Positions 1 through 8,586 of a stretch of DNA of 40,250 nt are shown here, one piece after another. The stretch covers positions 1-40,250 of the IMG/VR virus record IMGVR_UViG_3300031466_000102. The stretch is one strand, 5' to 3'. The notes beneath the pieces were generated by a model. It was not told the DNA's origin, searched no databases, and saw only the letters and a list, made by a program, of their open reading frames with translations. Position 1 is the first letter of the stretch. Each line of letters starts with the position of its first letter. The stretch is from a virus (taxonomy: Duplodnaviria; Caudoviricetes). Made by a program: the position numbers and the translations under genes.

Positions 1-42
1 AATATTTTTGTGGAAAAAATTTCATTTTTCTTACAAAAATAA

Positions 43-69
43 ACAGGATTTTTACTCTGCGTAGAGAAT
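43..69 (+). promoter_or_regulatory. sigma-H-type promoter upstream of comFA
   Basis: ACAGGATTT-N11-AGAGAAT matches the B. subtilis sigma-H consensus RNAGGAWWW-N11/12-RNNGAAT; AAGGGGG RBS before ATG at 100. Confidence 0.65.
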
Positions 70-99
70 ATTTATGTAAATCGCAGAGTAAGGGGGATT

Positions 100-998
100 A
101 TGATGAAGGCTGTTGTCATTTTATGTATAGACAATAGATCCAAGAGATGCAAAGCAGATATCAGCCTTGCCCACTCAGTAGATCGATGGTGGTTTGCGGA
201 AAGAGAGATCATCCCCGTGGCTGTCACTCCGTATCTCCCGATCTATCTCGCCAATTGGCTAAAAAAGCGGCTGGAAGCGCAACTCCAATCCTTCATCATC
301 GATACATGGAAAGAAGCGGATGTTCAATCCCTTGCGGCAAAGTGGGTAAATGAAGCTATTGATCAACTTGAGCCGGAATGGCGAGAAAAAGTGCAGTCAT
401 GGCTGCAAAAAAGCCGATCTGCAACAGCGGAAACGGTCTGGGAGCGGCATTGGATCGAAGAGGATGCCTATAAAATTCTTCCTTATATTGAAGGAAGACG
501 ATGGTTGTTTGAACATGTGGAAAAACGAATGAAAATGGTCGGGATCTCATTGCGCGGGACAGAATACGGGAATACTCCGATGCGCCAATATCTCCCGCAT
601 CTTTTGCAATATCTCTATCTTGAGGAAGAGATCGAATTGACCGCAGGCATTACGATTGAACAGACGAACGGAAAAATTCACCTGCGGTGTGAGCGATGCG
701 GGAGTGAAGATTATGGCATCTATCTTCATTATTGCTCCTCCTGCGATCAAGAGGAACCTGTCTGCGATACCTGTTATGTGATGGGGACGAGCAAAGGATG
801 CTCGCTGGTGATCTCAAGGCCCAAGCCGCATAGCAATCATATCTGTGAGCCTGCAAGCCAGGAATATGAACTGGTAGCGCCGCTGAAGTGGAGTGGCGAG
901 CTTTAGCCCTGTACAGCAGGAAGCATCTGATTATGCCGTGCAATTCGTGGCAAAGCCATGGCTTCATAAGCCAAATCTGTTGATCTGGGCAGTGACAG
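100..998 (+). pseudogene. comFA: 5' part of competence DNA-uptake helicase ComFA, frameshifted at ~904 and cut by the prophage
   Basis: Zn-finger CERC..CSSC..CDTCYVMG then LKWSGEL. The +1 frame from 905 continues SPVQQEASDYAVQFVAKPWLHKPNLLIWAVT, matching ComFA 'L.W.G.LS.GQQ.A...LLIWAVCGAGKT'; similarity stops exactly at Walker A. Confidence 0.85.
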
Positions 999-1025
999 AA
1001 GCCAATCATGAATACGTAAAAAAAT
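985..1025. other. probable attL junction (host comFA / phage)
   Basis: ComFA-like reading frame ends at tgg gca gtg aca g (986-998), ~35 bp from the integrase stop; sequence becomes AT-rich. Exact crossover not resolvable without attR. Confidence 0.7.
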
Positions 1026-1031
1026 TATTAA

Positions 1032-2375
1032 TTAAAATGACCACTCGATTTGAACGTTTTTTCCGTCAATAGTGATCCTTCGTATTAGTTTTTGTATTAT
1101 TGCTTGTTTATCAGAAAATTGAACATTTGATAGGTCTAGAGTATAATTCTGCAGCTGTTCTAATGTAACATTAAAGGCTAAGTCATTCTCCTGTAATTTC
1201 TTTTGTTCAATTATTGCTTGTTTTTCTTGGTTTAATTTATCAATCTGTTTGTCTAATAATTTTTTATCTATATTACCGTCTACATAAAGGTTGATTAAGC
1301 GCTCAATTTTGCTATCAACCTTTTTTATCTGTTTATCATAATCCAGAATATTAGTTTCTCTAGTTTTTATTTGTTTTTCGAATGCCAAGGTATGCAATTC
1401 GTTTGTTATTAATTTCTCTAATTTTTCTTGATTCCAATTATCATTTTCACATTTTTTTTCATATTCCGAAGGAAACCGTTTAGCTCTACATATGTAATAT
1501 TTATATTTTTTAGGTTTGTCGTTAGAATGATATGAGACATAAGGTTCTCCACATTTACCACATACAATTAAACCAGAAAATAAGCTCTCTTTAGCCTTAT
1601 TTGCGTTTTTTCCTTTATGCCTAGAAAGAAGCATTTGAACGCGATCATACTGCTCTTCTGAAATAATTGCTGGATGTAAACCTTTATAATAGTTGCCTGC
1701 AAACGATACATAACCACAATACAATTTGTTGCTTAAAATATCTCTGTATCTTCTGAACCGCCAGACCTTATATCCTAATTCCTTTAATCGTTTTTGTACT
1801 TTGGTGATTGAATTATATTGTTCGTATAGGTCATAGGCTAGCCTAATATGTTCAGCTTCCTCTTCGATTACAACCAATTCACCATTTTCACGTTTATACC
1901 CAGCAGGATCATAATCTCCTCCCATGACTCTATATCCTTCTTGCGCTCGCTTAATATGTCCCATTCTCATACGTTCTGCAATAGTTTCTCTTTCTAATTG
2001 AGCAAATACTGATAATATACCTATCATCGCCTTGCCGAAAGGAGTGGAAGTGTCTAATGTTTCAGTAATCGAGACGAAATCAACATTATTCTTCAGAAAG
2101 TACTCCTCAATTAGCGTAAGAGTATCTCGCTGTGATCTCGATAGTCGATCTAACCGATAAACCATTACGATATCAATCTTATCGAGATCATTAAGCATTC
2201 TTTGTAAATCTGGACGATCTAAAGTCGCTCCGCTATATCCACCATCTATATACACATCATGTATTGTCCAACCTTTAGACTTACAATAGGCTTCTAATCT
2301 CTCCCTTTGTGCTTCGATACTATAGTTTTCAACTTGCTCCTGAGTTGATACCCTAATATACAATGCTACGCGCAT
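1032..2375 (-). CDS. large serine recombinase (phage integrase)
   Basis: YIRVST catalytic Ser, D.GYSG, RLDRLSR, recombinase domain, Zn-ribbon CGKCG..YYIC, coiled coil. Confidence 0.95.
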   Translation of the reverse strand: MRVALYIRVSTQEQVENYSIEAQRERLEAYCKSKGWTIHDVYIDGGYSGATLDRPDLQRMLNDLDKIDIVMVYRLDRLSRSQRDTLTLIEEYFLKNNVDFVSITETLDTSTPFGKAMIGILSVFAQLERETIAERMRMGHIKRAQEGYRVMGGDYDPAGYKRENGELVVIEEEAEHIRLAYDLYEQYNSITKVQKRLKELGYKVWRFRRYRDILSNKLYCGYVSFAGNYYKGLHPAIISEEQYDRVQMLLSRHKGKNANKAKESLFSGLIVCGKCGEPYVSYHSNDKPKKYKYYICRAKRFPSEYEKKCENDNWNQEKLEKLITNELHTLAFEKQIKTRETNILDYDKQIKKVDSKIERLINLYVDGNIDKKLLDKQIDKLNQEKQAIIEQKKLQENDLAFNVTLEQLQNYTLDLSNVQFSDKQAIIQKLIRRITIDGKNVQIEWSF

Positions 2376-2387
2376 AACAAAAACCTC

Positions 2388-3041
2388 CTAAAAGTTTATA
2401 ACCACCTTTTTTAGGCGTCCGATAATGCGCACGTCCGAATTATCATCTATTGAAATTGGCGGGTATTTGGAATTTTCACTATAAAGAATTGTTGTACCAT
2501 TAGTTTTATATACTCTTTTCAATATAGCTTCACCGTCAATTAATACTGCTGCAATTTGGCCATTATCTACGTCATCTTGTTTACGTATGAGTAATAAATC
2601 ACCGTCGTTAATCCTAGCATTAATCATACTGTCACCTTTAGCGCGTAGATAAAAATATTCTCCTCCATTAAGCCAAGACTTAGGAGTATCTTCATAGCCT
2701 TCAATATCCTCATATGCGATTACCCCGTTACCACAGCTTATAGATCCAACAATAGGAACCTTTACAAACTCTGTAACTATATAAGGTTCATAAGATTCCG
2801 TTATAAAATTGTTTGTTTTAAAACTGGGATCGATCTCAGATTTTGGAACATTGAATGCGTTTGATAATTTTTCAACATTACCTGGATTAATAAGAGTTTT
2901 ACAGTTAAGGTAATCAGACAGAGTACTTTTAGATATACCTGAGACCTCACTCAATTTAATCTGCGTCCATCCACGTGAATTCATCAACCTTCTAATATTT
3001 TCCGCAATAATTCTTTTTAAAGGCAAATCTCTATCAATCAA
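2388..3041 (-). CDS. CI/LexA-like repressor (XRE HTH + S24 autopeptidase)
   Basis: HTH TQIKLSEVSGISKSTLSDY; cleavage site ISCG; GDSM Ser and LKR Lys dyad; AAAGGAG RBS. Confidence 0.93.
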   Translation of the reverse strand: MIDRDLPLKRIIAENIRRLMNSRGWTQIKLSEVSGISKSTLSDYLNCKTLINPGNVEKLSNAFNVPKSEIDPSFKTNNFITESYEPYIVTEFVKVPIVGSISCGNGVIAYEDIEGYEDTPKSWLNGGEYFYLRAKGDSMINARINDGDLLLIRKQDDVDNGQIAAVLIDGEAILKRVYKTNGTTILYSENSKYPPISIDDNSDVRIIGRLKKVVINF

Positions 3042-3100
3042 ACTAAATCGCTCCTTTCACATACCATTATAAACAAAATAATAATAAAAGTACATATAAA

Positions 3101-3187
3101 ATCCGAAAAATACCGAAATTTTATCAAAAAATTTTATCAATAATCCGGTAAAAATCGGTTGACAATCCGAATTAATTCGGATAACAT
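3101..3187 (+). promoter_or_regulatory. lysis/lysogeny switch: rightward sigma-A promoter with three operators
   Basis: TTGACA(3159-3164)-17-TAACAT(3182-3187); perfect palindrome ATCCGAATTAATTCGGAT 3165-3182; related ATCCG-N8-CG sites at 3143-3160 and 3101-3118. Confidence 0.8.
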
Positions 3188-3222
3188 CATAATTACCATA
3201 TACACGGAAGGAGGTGCGTCGA

Positions 3223-3453
3223 ATGTTAAAAATAACGTTGAGGGCAGCCCGTGTAAATCGAGGATTAACTTTAATTGAAGCTGCAAAGCTGTTTGGTATC
3301 AATAAAGATACTCTTCATAATTACGAAAAGGACTCTTCTAATGTACCTCGTTTGTTCTTTTGTAAAATTGAAGAGGTGTACGGTGTACCATTGGAAAATA
3401 TTTTTTTTGGCAAAGAATCCGAGTTTTTTCGGAATAATACAAAGTCAGCGTAG
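3223..3453 (+). CDS. Cro-like XRE HTH regulator
   Basis: ITLRAARVNRGLTLIEAAKLFGI..TL.NYEK; divergent from repressor; AAGGAGGTG RBS. Confidence 0.9.
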   Translation: MLKITLRAARVNRGLTLIEAAKLFGINKDTLHNYEKDSSNVPRLFFCKIEEVYGVPLENIFFGKESEFFRNNTKSA

Positions 3454-3464
3454 GAGGGAAGAAT

Positions 3465-3686
3465 GTGACAAAATTTCAAATCGTAGTTACAGGGATAGAG
3501 TTAGATGGGATTAAGGCGAAAGTGCCCGATGGTTTGTCCGAGTTATTGAATTCAGCAAGAGCATGGGGGGCTAAAAAAGATAAGTCCCTAACTAACGAAT
3601 ATGTTCGACAAGTCAAAGTAATAGATGGGCGAATAACCACAATCTTAACTGTTAAAAAGCAAGAAAGGATAGTGAACAGTGTTTAA
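3465..3686 (+). CDS. hypothetical early protein
   Basis: AGGAGG RBS, operonic position. Confidence 0.7.
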   Translation: MTKFQIVVTGIELDGIKAKVPDGLSELLNSARAWGAKKDKSLTNEYVRQVKVIDGRITTILTVKKQERIVNSV

Positions 3687-4107
3687 GCTGCTAATTCCAT
3701 TAATAGTATCCATTCTACTAAATGTTGATTTGGTATCTGCAGAGCCACAGAACAAACATCACTCATTACAAATAGCAACGATACAAATAGACACACCACA
3801 ATACGAGCTCTACGAAGTTACTGCTTACACTCTACGCGAACAAGAAACAAACAAAGGTCCAGACCATCCAGAGTACGGCATCACGGCTAGCGGTGCCAAG
3901 GCCAAAGAGAATCACACGATTGCGTGCCCGCAGTCAATGCCTTTCGGTACTGAGATCTATATCCCTTTCTTCGACCAAGTCTTTGTATGCGAGGACAGAG
4001 ATGGCGCGATCACGGAAGGAAAGCTCGATGTGTATATGGCTGATTTAGCAGATGCGCTGGAGTTTGGTAGGCGGGAGTTAAAGGTTCGTATTCTGGAAAG
4101 GAGGTGA
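3679..4107 (+). CDS. secreted 3D-domain (MltA-like lytic transglycosylase) protein
   Basis: Signal peptide; TAYT..TASG..PFGT.IYIP..EDRDGAI..LDVY..A.EFGRR. Confidence 0.85.
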   Translation: MFKLLIPLIVSILLNVDLVSAEPQNKHHSLQIATIQIDTPQYELYEVTAYTLREQETNKGPDHPEYGITASGAKAKENHTIACPQSMPFGTEIYIPFFDQVFVCEDRDGAITEGKLDVYMADLADALEFGRRELKVRILERR

Positions 4108-4113
4108 CCAAAG

Positions 4114-4332
4114 TTGAATAAGTTTTCGAAAACCGCCATATGGAAAGCTGTCAACAGCGAATATGGTGATCGACTCGTAGAGATCGCTAGGGAGCATGCA
4201 GAACTGACAAAGGAACTGATAACATACAATCCCGGTGTAGACGCTGAAATCATTGAATCGCGGATTGTACAACTGAGAGAAGAGCGGGATGGGATCTTAG
4301 AACTGTTTGAGAGTGAAGAAGGGAGGATATGA
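4114..4332 (+). CDS. hypothetical coiled-coil protein
   Basis: AGGAGGTG RBS, TTG start. Confidence 0.7.
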   Translation: MNKFSKTAIWKAVNSEYGDRLVEIAREHAELTKELITYNPGVDAEIIESRIVQLREERDGILELFESEEGRI

Positions 4333-4358
4333 GCTGGACAGGCTTTGAGGGGAGGTAG

Positions 4359-5171
4359 TTGATAATGGAGATTAATGTACTTAGCTTAGGTGCTGGAGTG
4401 CAATCTTCTACAATGCTTTTGATGTCTGATCGTGGGATTCTGCCCGTCAAACCCGATGTTGCCATCTTTGCCGACACGGGGGATGAGCCTGACGAGGTCT
4501 ACGAGTACCTAGAGTATCTGAAAGAGCAGGTGCGGACTATCCCAATCATAGTCCACCGGGAACGCAATATCATCGAAGATTTATTTGCTCATCTAAGCGG
4601 TAACAAAACGAGGTATGCCAATCCGCCATTTTTTACGAAGCGCCCAGGGGCGAAGCGCGGTCAGCTCACGCGGATCTGTACCAAAGAATACAAGATCGAA
4701 ATGGTAGAGAGAGCTATACGTCGCTCATGGCTCGGGCTCAAACCAAGACAGCGTATACCAAAAGATGTTCACGTTTATATGTGGATCGGCATCAGTACGG
4801 ACGAAATTGAGCGAGTCAAGCCATCGCGCACACCATGGATCACTCGATGTCACCCGCTAATCGACGCGGAAATGTCAAGGATGGACTGCCTGCGCTGGAT
4901 TGCTGATCAGGGATTAAGGCAACCACCTAGATCAAGCTGCTTGATCTGTCCATACCATTCAGACAGTGAATGGGCGCGGCTCATGGCTAATCATAAGTAT
5001 CGCCACCACATCATCAAAGTTGACCGTGCGATACGCAACGGACTTAAAAATACGCAAAAAGACGTAGAGCTTTATCTTCACCGCACACTTCGACCGATCG
5101 AAGAAGTCGAATTTACCGACAACGGAGAAAGCACGTTTGCAGAAGAGTGCGAAGGTATGTGCGGACTATGA
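4359..5171 (+). CDS. PP-loop / PAPS-reductase-like protein with Cys clusters
   Basis: SLGAGVQS PP-loop variant, ADTG.E, R.CT..YK, IGIS.DE, RSSCLICPYH, C-terminal ECEGMC. Confidence 0.8.
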   Translation: MIMEINVLSLGAGVQSSTMLLMSDRGILPVKPDVAIFADTGDEPDEVYEYLEYLKEQVRTIPIIVHRERNIIEDLFAHLSGNKTRYANPPFFTKRPGAKRGQLTRICTKEYKIEMVERAIRRSWLGLKPRQRIPKDVHVYMWIGISTDEIERVKPSRTPWITRCHPLIDAEMSRMDCLRWIADQGLRQPPRSSCLICPYHSDSEWARLMANHKYRHHIIKVDRAIRNGLKNTQKDVELYLHRTLRPIEEVEFTDNGESTFAEECEGMCGL

Positions 5172-5197
5172 CAGACCCTGAAAGGAGGTGAGCGAGG

Positions 5198-5389
5198 ATG
5201 AAAGTACGTTGGTTTGTGCAAGGGGAGCCAGAAATAGAATTTGAAAGCCAAGTATCATGCGCAACTGATTTCTTACAAGCTTTAAAACTAGTAAATGTGG
5301 TTGCCTTTGAAGGCGGAGAGTACAAGGTGATCGATACTGAGTTGGTCGTGGATACAGAGCCGCATCTGGTTATCTTGCTGGAAGGATGA
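5198..5389 (+). CDS. small hypothetical protein (paralog of 5550-5738)
   Basis: AAAGGAGGTG RBS; similarity to downstream copy. Confidence 0.75.
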   Translation: MKVRWFVQGEPEIEFESQVSCATDFLQALKLVNVVAFEGGEYKVIDTELVVDTEPHLVILLEG

Positions 5390-5403
5390 GGAGGTGAAAG
5401 ACA

Positions 5404-5553
5404 ATGCGTGATACGCGCGGATGGATCGAATTAGCTTGTGACGGGGATTTAAAAGGAAACCTTTTGAGAGAAATCTTCACGATTGCTGACGCAATCGAGT
5501 CCTATGCAGTATTTGAAGATGTACAAACCATGAAAGGAGGTGATGATCGATGA
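5404..5553 (+). CDS. 49-aa hypothetical protein (MRDTRGWIELACDG...)
   Basis: GAGGAGGTG RBS; fills gap; stop overlaps next ATG. Confidence 0.6.
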   Translation: MRDTRGWIELACDGDLKGNLLREIFTIADAIESYAVFEDVQTMKGGDDR

Positions 5554-5738
5554 AAGTGCACTGAGTTTTGCTAGACAGCGATGATGTACAGCAAGTTAGC
5601 ATTGTAGACAATGCAACAGATTTTCTATTAGCTCTACGAAATGTCGATAGCGTCAATTTGAAAGGTGAATATTCCAGCGTAGTTGATACAGAAATAGTAG
5701 TTTCAGACGAGCCATATATCGTCATCACGTTAGATTGA
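5550..5738 (+). pseudogene. paralog of 5198-5389 with in-frame TGA at codon 5
   Basis: MKVH*VLL..NATDFLLAL..VVDTEIVVSDEPYIVITLD versus MKVRWFV..CATDFLQAL..VIDTELVVDTEPHLVILLE. Confidence 0.75.
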
Positions 5739-5752
5739 GAGGAGGGGATTAT

Positions 5753-5941
5753 TTGAAAGTTGTACGTATTCAACCGTGGGATATCGATACCATAGAAGCT
5801 TTACAGAATGTTAACCAGTTTCTTGCTTCAATTCCTGCAGAAGACGTACTCGACGTAAAGTTTCAAACTTACGTTCAAAGTGATGGGGTATTGGAACATC
5901 AGTATCAAGCCGTGATGATCGTCTACAAAACGGAAAAATGA
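5753..5941 (+). CDS. small hypothetical protein
   Basis: GGAGGGG RBS, TTG start. Confidence 0.6.
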   Translation: MKVVRIQPWDIDTIEALQNVNQFLASIPAEDVLDVKFQTYVQSDGVLEHQYQAVMIVYKTEK

Positions 5942-6024
5942 CCCGTCTCGCACACGGATCATTTTCACTAGGAGTACTTACTCTATATCACTTTCAGTAT
6001 ACACAGTGCTCCCCAAAAAATCAA
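5935..6024 (-). promoter_or_regulatory. antisense sigma-A promoter + hairpin terminator (putative sRNA 1)
   Basis: Minus strand TTGATT(6024-6019)-17-TATACT(6001-5996); hairpin aaaatgacccgt/acggatcatttt 5935-5965. Confidence 0.55.
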
Positions 6025-6045
6025 ATCTTGAAGGGAGGTGAGAGC

Positions 6046-6417
6046 ATGGGTATGGATATCAGCACATTTGCAAACGGAGCTGTAAAGGAGCGTATGGATC
6101 AAGAACTACAAAAAGTTCTTGAAAACATTGCAGATCCAAATACGGATCCGAAGAAGCCTCGCAAATTAACTCTCACGATCACACTGAAAAGCAACGAGAA
6201 CCGCGACGTAGCAGATGTAAGCATCGTAGCCAAATCTACTCTAGTTCCAGCCAAAGACATCGAAACGAAGATTGTCATGGGCTTTGATTCAAAAGGTCGC
6301 ATAGTTGGTGAGGAACTCAAAAGCGGTATCAAGGGGCAAATGTACATTACTGATGACGGTGAGCTCGCAGATGATCGCGGAAACATCATTGACTTGCAAA
6401 AAGTAAATCAAAGGTAA
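6046..6417 (+). CDS. conserved phage early protein (often labelled 'replication terminator protein')
   Basis: FANGAVKERMD.EL.KV.ENI.DPNT....RK.T.TI motif. Confidence 0.75.
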   Translation: MGMDISTFANGAVKERMDQELQKVLENIADPNTDPKKPRKLTLTITLKSNENRDVADVSIVAKSTLVPAKDIETKIVMGFDSKGRIVGEELKSGIKGQMYITDDGELADDRGNIIDLQKVNQR

Positions 6418-6429
6418 GAGGTGAATTGG

Positions 6430-7137
6430 ATGATTAAAGAAGCTTTGGAATATTTGCTATCTCTAGGTAATCAAAAAATCTTAGAGTTTAACGGAGAAAT
6501 CTTCTCCAATCAGCAACTTTATAAAGTAAAAGAGGCTACTCCTTCAGCAATCAATGTTCACAGTCTATCCGGATTAGTAGAGTACTTGCAGTCGAAGTTT
6601 GATGGACAAGGAAAGCTAATGGTACATGTTGTGAGTCCTACGGAAGTCGTCGCTTTTAGTAGTTTCAATCGCGATTATAATCGAAATCAACTTATCATAG
6701 CCGAAGCTTTATTACCACAATTCACATTCGATCGATTCTATGATTCTGAATCATTCAACATCAAACTCCAATCATGCTTTGTCCCGAATGAGGACAGAGC
6801 AATCATGCTACAGGTGGTTGGCAACATCAAAGAGGAGAATGTCAGCACGATCGGTGACGATGGGGTGTCGCAGGCGGTGGTAGCAAAGACCGGCGTGGCT
6901 ACTGTAGCAACAGTCAAAGTCCCAAATCCTGTGAAACTCAGACCTTATAGGACTTTCGTTGAAATTGAGCAGCCAGAGTCAGAGTTTATCTTCCGAATGA
7001 GAAGTGGACCAGATTGTGCATTGTTTGAAGCTGACGGTGGTGCATGGAAGCTCGAAGCGATGAAGCGTATTAAGACTTACCTAGAACAGAAACTTTCGGA
7101 AGAAATCGCATCAGGTAACATCGTCATCATTGCGTAA
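6430..7137 (+). CDS. conserved phage protein, usual partner of preceding gene
   Basis: MIKEALEY..DDGVSQ..PNPV.L.PYRTF.E.EQPES.F.FR..LFEADGGAWK. Confidence 0.8.
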   Translation: MIKEALEYLLSLGNQKILEFNGEIFSNQQLYKVKEATPSAINVHSLSGLVEYLQSKFDGQGKLMVHVVSPTEVVAFSSFNRDYNRNQLIIAEALLPQFTFDRFYDSESFNIKLQSCFVPNEDRAIMLQVVGNIKEENVSTIGDDGVSQAVVAKTGVATVATVKVPNPVKLRPYRTFVEIEQPESEFIFRMRSGPDCALFEADGGAWKLEAMKRIKTYLEQKLSEEIASGNIVIIA

Positions 7138-7144
7138 TCAGGAT

Positions 7145-7242
7145 AAAAGAAAACAGCCCTGCTGCAACAGGACTGTTTCAAATGGAGCGCCATACAAATA
7201 TATATCATGTTTATTATACCATGGCGCTCCATCTAAAATCAA
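7145..7242 (-). promoter_or_regulatory. antisense sigma-A promoter + terminator (putative sRNA 2)
   Basis: Minus strand TTGATT(7242-7237)-18-TATAAT(7218-7213) with extended TG; hairpin aaacagccctg/caggactgttt with minus-strand U-tract. Confidence 0.65.
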
Positions 7243-7269
7243 GGAGAATTCCAAAAGGAGGAGCGTATA

Positions 7270-8586
7270 GTGATCAAAATTAACAAACTCGAAATCGAAA
7301 ATGTAAAACGTGTAAAAGCGGTTAAGATAGAGCCGACACCAACTGGACTTACCATCGTAGGCGGTAGGAATAACCAAGGGAAAACAAGTGTATTAGATGC
7401 TATTGCCTGGGCGTTAGGGGGTAACAAATTCCGACCATCTCAACCAGAGCGTGAAGGTTCAGTCGTACCGCCATATCTGCATATCGTATTATCCAATGGT
7501 CTAATCGTGGAACGCAAGGGCAAAAACAGTGATCTTAAAGTCATTGATCCAAACGGCCAAAAGGGCGGCCAACAGCTACTAGATAGTTTCATAGAAGAGC
7601 TAGCGCTTGATCTACCGAAATTTATGAACGCAAGTAACAAAGAGAAAGCTAACATCCTATTGCGCATTATCGGTGTTGGTGACCAGCTATATGAGCTTGA
7701 ACAAAAGGAGCAAGAACTTTACAACCGGCGCCATGCCATCGGACAGATCGCTGATCAGAAAGAGAAGTTTGCAAAGGAGCAGCCGTATTATCCAGATGCT
7801 CCGAAAGAACCTATCTCGGCATCGGATCTCATTCGTCAACAGCAGGAAATATTAGCCCGTAACGGAGAGAATCAACGTAAGCGTATGCGTGTCCAGCAAA
7901 TTCAACAGGAGTTTGAAGCGCAAGGTCGTGAAGTGGCGCGTCTTATGGCCATGTTGAACGCCGCACAGGAAAAATACACGCAACTGCAAAACGATCTTGC
8001 TATCGCCCAGAAAGACGCGATGGATTTAGTTGACGAATCGACCGCGGAGCTCGAGGCTAACATCCAACAAATTGACGAAATCAATCGCAAGGTGCGGGCT
8101 AATCTCGATAAAGATAAAGCCGAAGAAGATGCTCGCATGTACAGGCAACAATACAATGCGCTAACAACAGAGATTGAAGCTGTACGTAAACAAAAAATTG
8201 ATCTATTAGCCAATACTAATCTGCCGTTGCCAGGGCTATCCGTAGAGGATGGTGAGCTCGTTTTCAACGGTCAGAAGTGGGACAACATGAGCGGATCCGA
8301 GCAACTGAGAGTAGCTACGGCTATCGTACGTCGTCTCAAGCCGCAGTGTGGCTTTGTGTTGCTGGACAAGCTCGAACAAATGGATCTCGATACGTTACGA
8401 GAATTCGGCCAATGGTTAGAACAAGAAGGCTTGCAAGCAATCGCTACTCGTGTCAGCACGGGTGACGAGTGCTCAATCATTATAGAGGATGGATATATCG
8501 TAGGTCAGGAAGGAATCACATTGCAACAACCAAAACCGGAAGGAGAAATCAATCCGGGGCCAACATGGAAAGTAGGTGAGTTTTAA
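7270..8586 (+). CDS. SMC/Rad50-like AAA ATPase
   Basis: Walker A GRNNQGKTS, long coiled coil, MSGSEQ signature, VLLDKLE Walker B. Confidence 0.85.
   Translation: MIKINKLEIENVKRVKAVKIEPTPTGLTIVGGRNNQGKTSVLDAIAWALGGNKFRPSQPEREGSVVPPYLHIVLSNGLIVERKGKNSDLKVIDPNGQKGGQQLLDSFIEELALDLPKFMNASNKEKANILLRIIGVGDQLYELEQKEQELYNRRHAIGQIADQKEKFAKEQPYYPDAPKEPISASDLIRQQQEILARNGENQRKRMRVQQIQQEFEAQGREVARLMAMLNAAQEKYTQLQNDLAIAQKDAMDLVDESTAELEANIQQIDEINRKVRANLDKDKAEEDARMYRQQYNALTTEIEAVRKQKIDLLANTNLPLPGLSVEDGELVFNGQKWDNMSGSEQLRVATAIVRRLKPQCGFVLLDKLEQMDLDTLREFGQWLEQEGLQAIATRVSTGDECSIIIEDGYIVGQEGITLQQPKPEGEINPGPTWKVGEF

Noticed and set aside
100-906. ORF as a complete stand-alone Zn-finger protein
   Set aside because: ComFA similarity continues past the stop in another frame; it is a gene fragment
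5562-5564. Genome-wide UGA recoding (Trp or Sec)
   Set aside because: Many neighbouring genes end normally in TGA and use TGG for Trp; this is a single case
5938-6045. N-terminal extension of ORF 5938-6417
   Set aside because: It overlaps hairpin/promoter elements; the strong RBS points to ATG 6046
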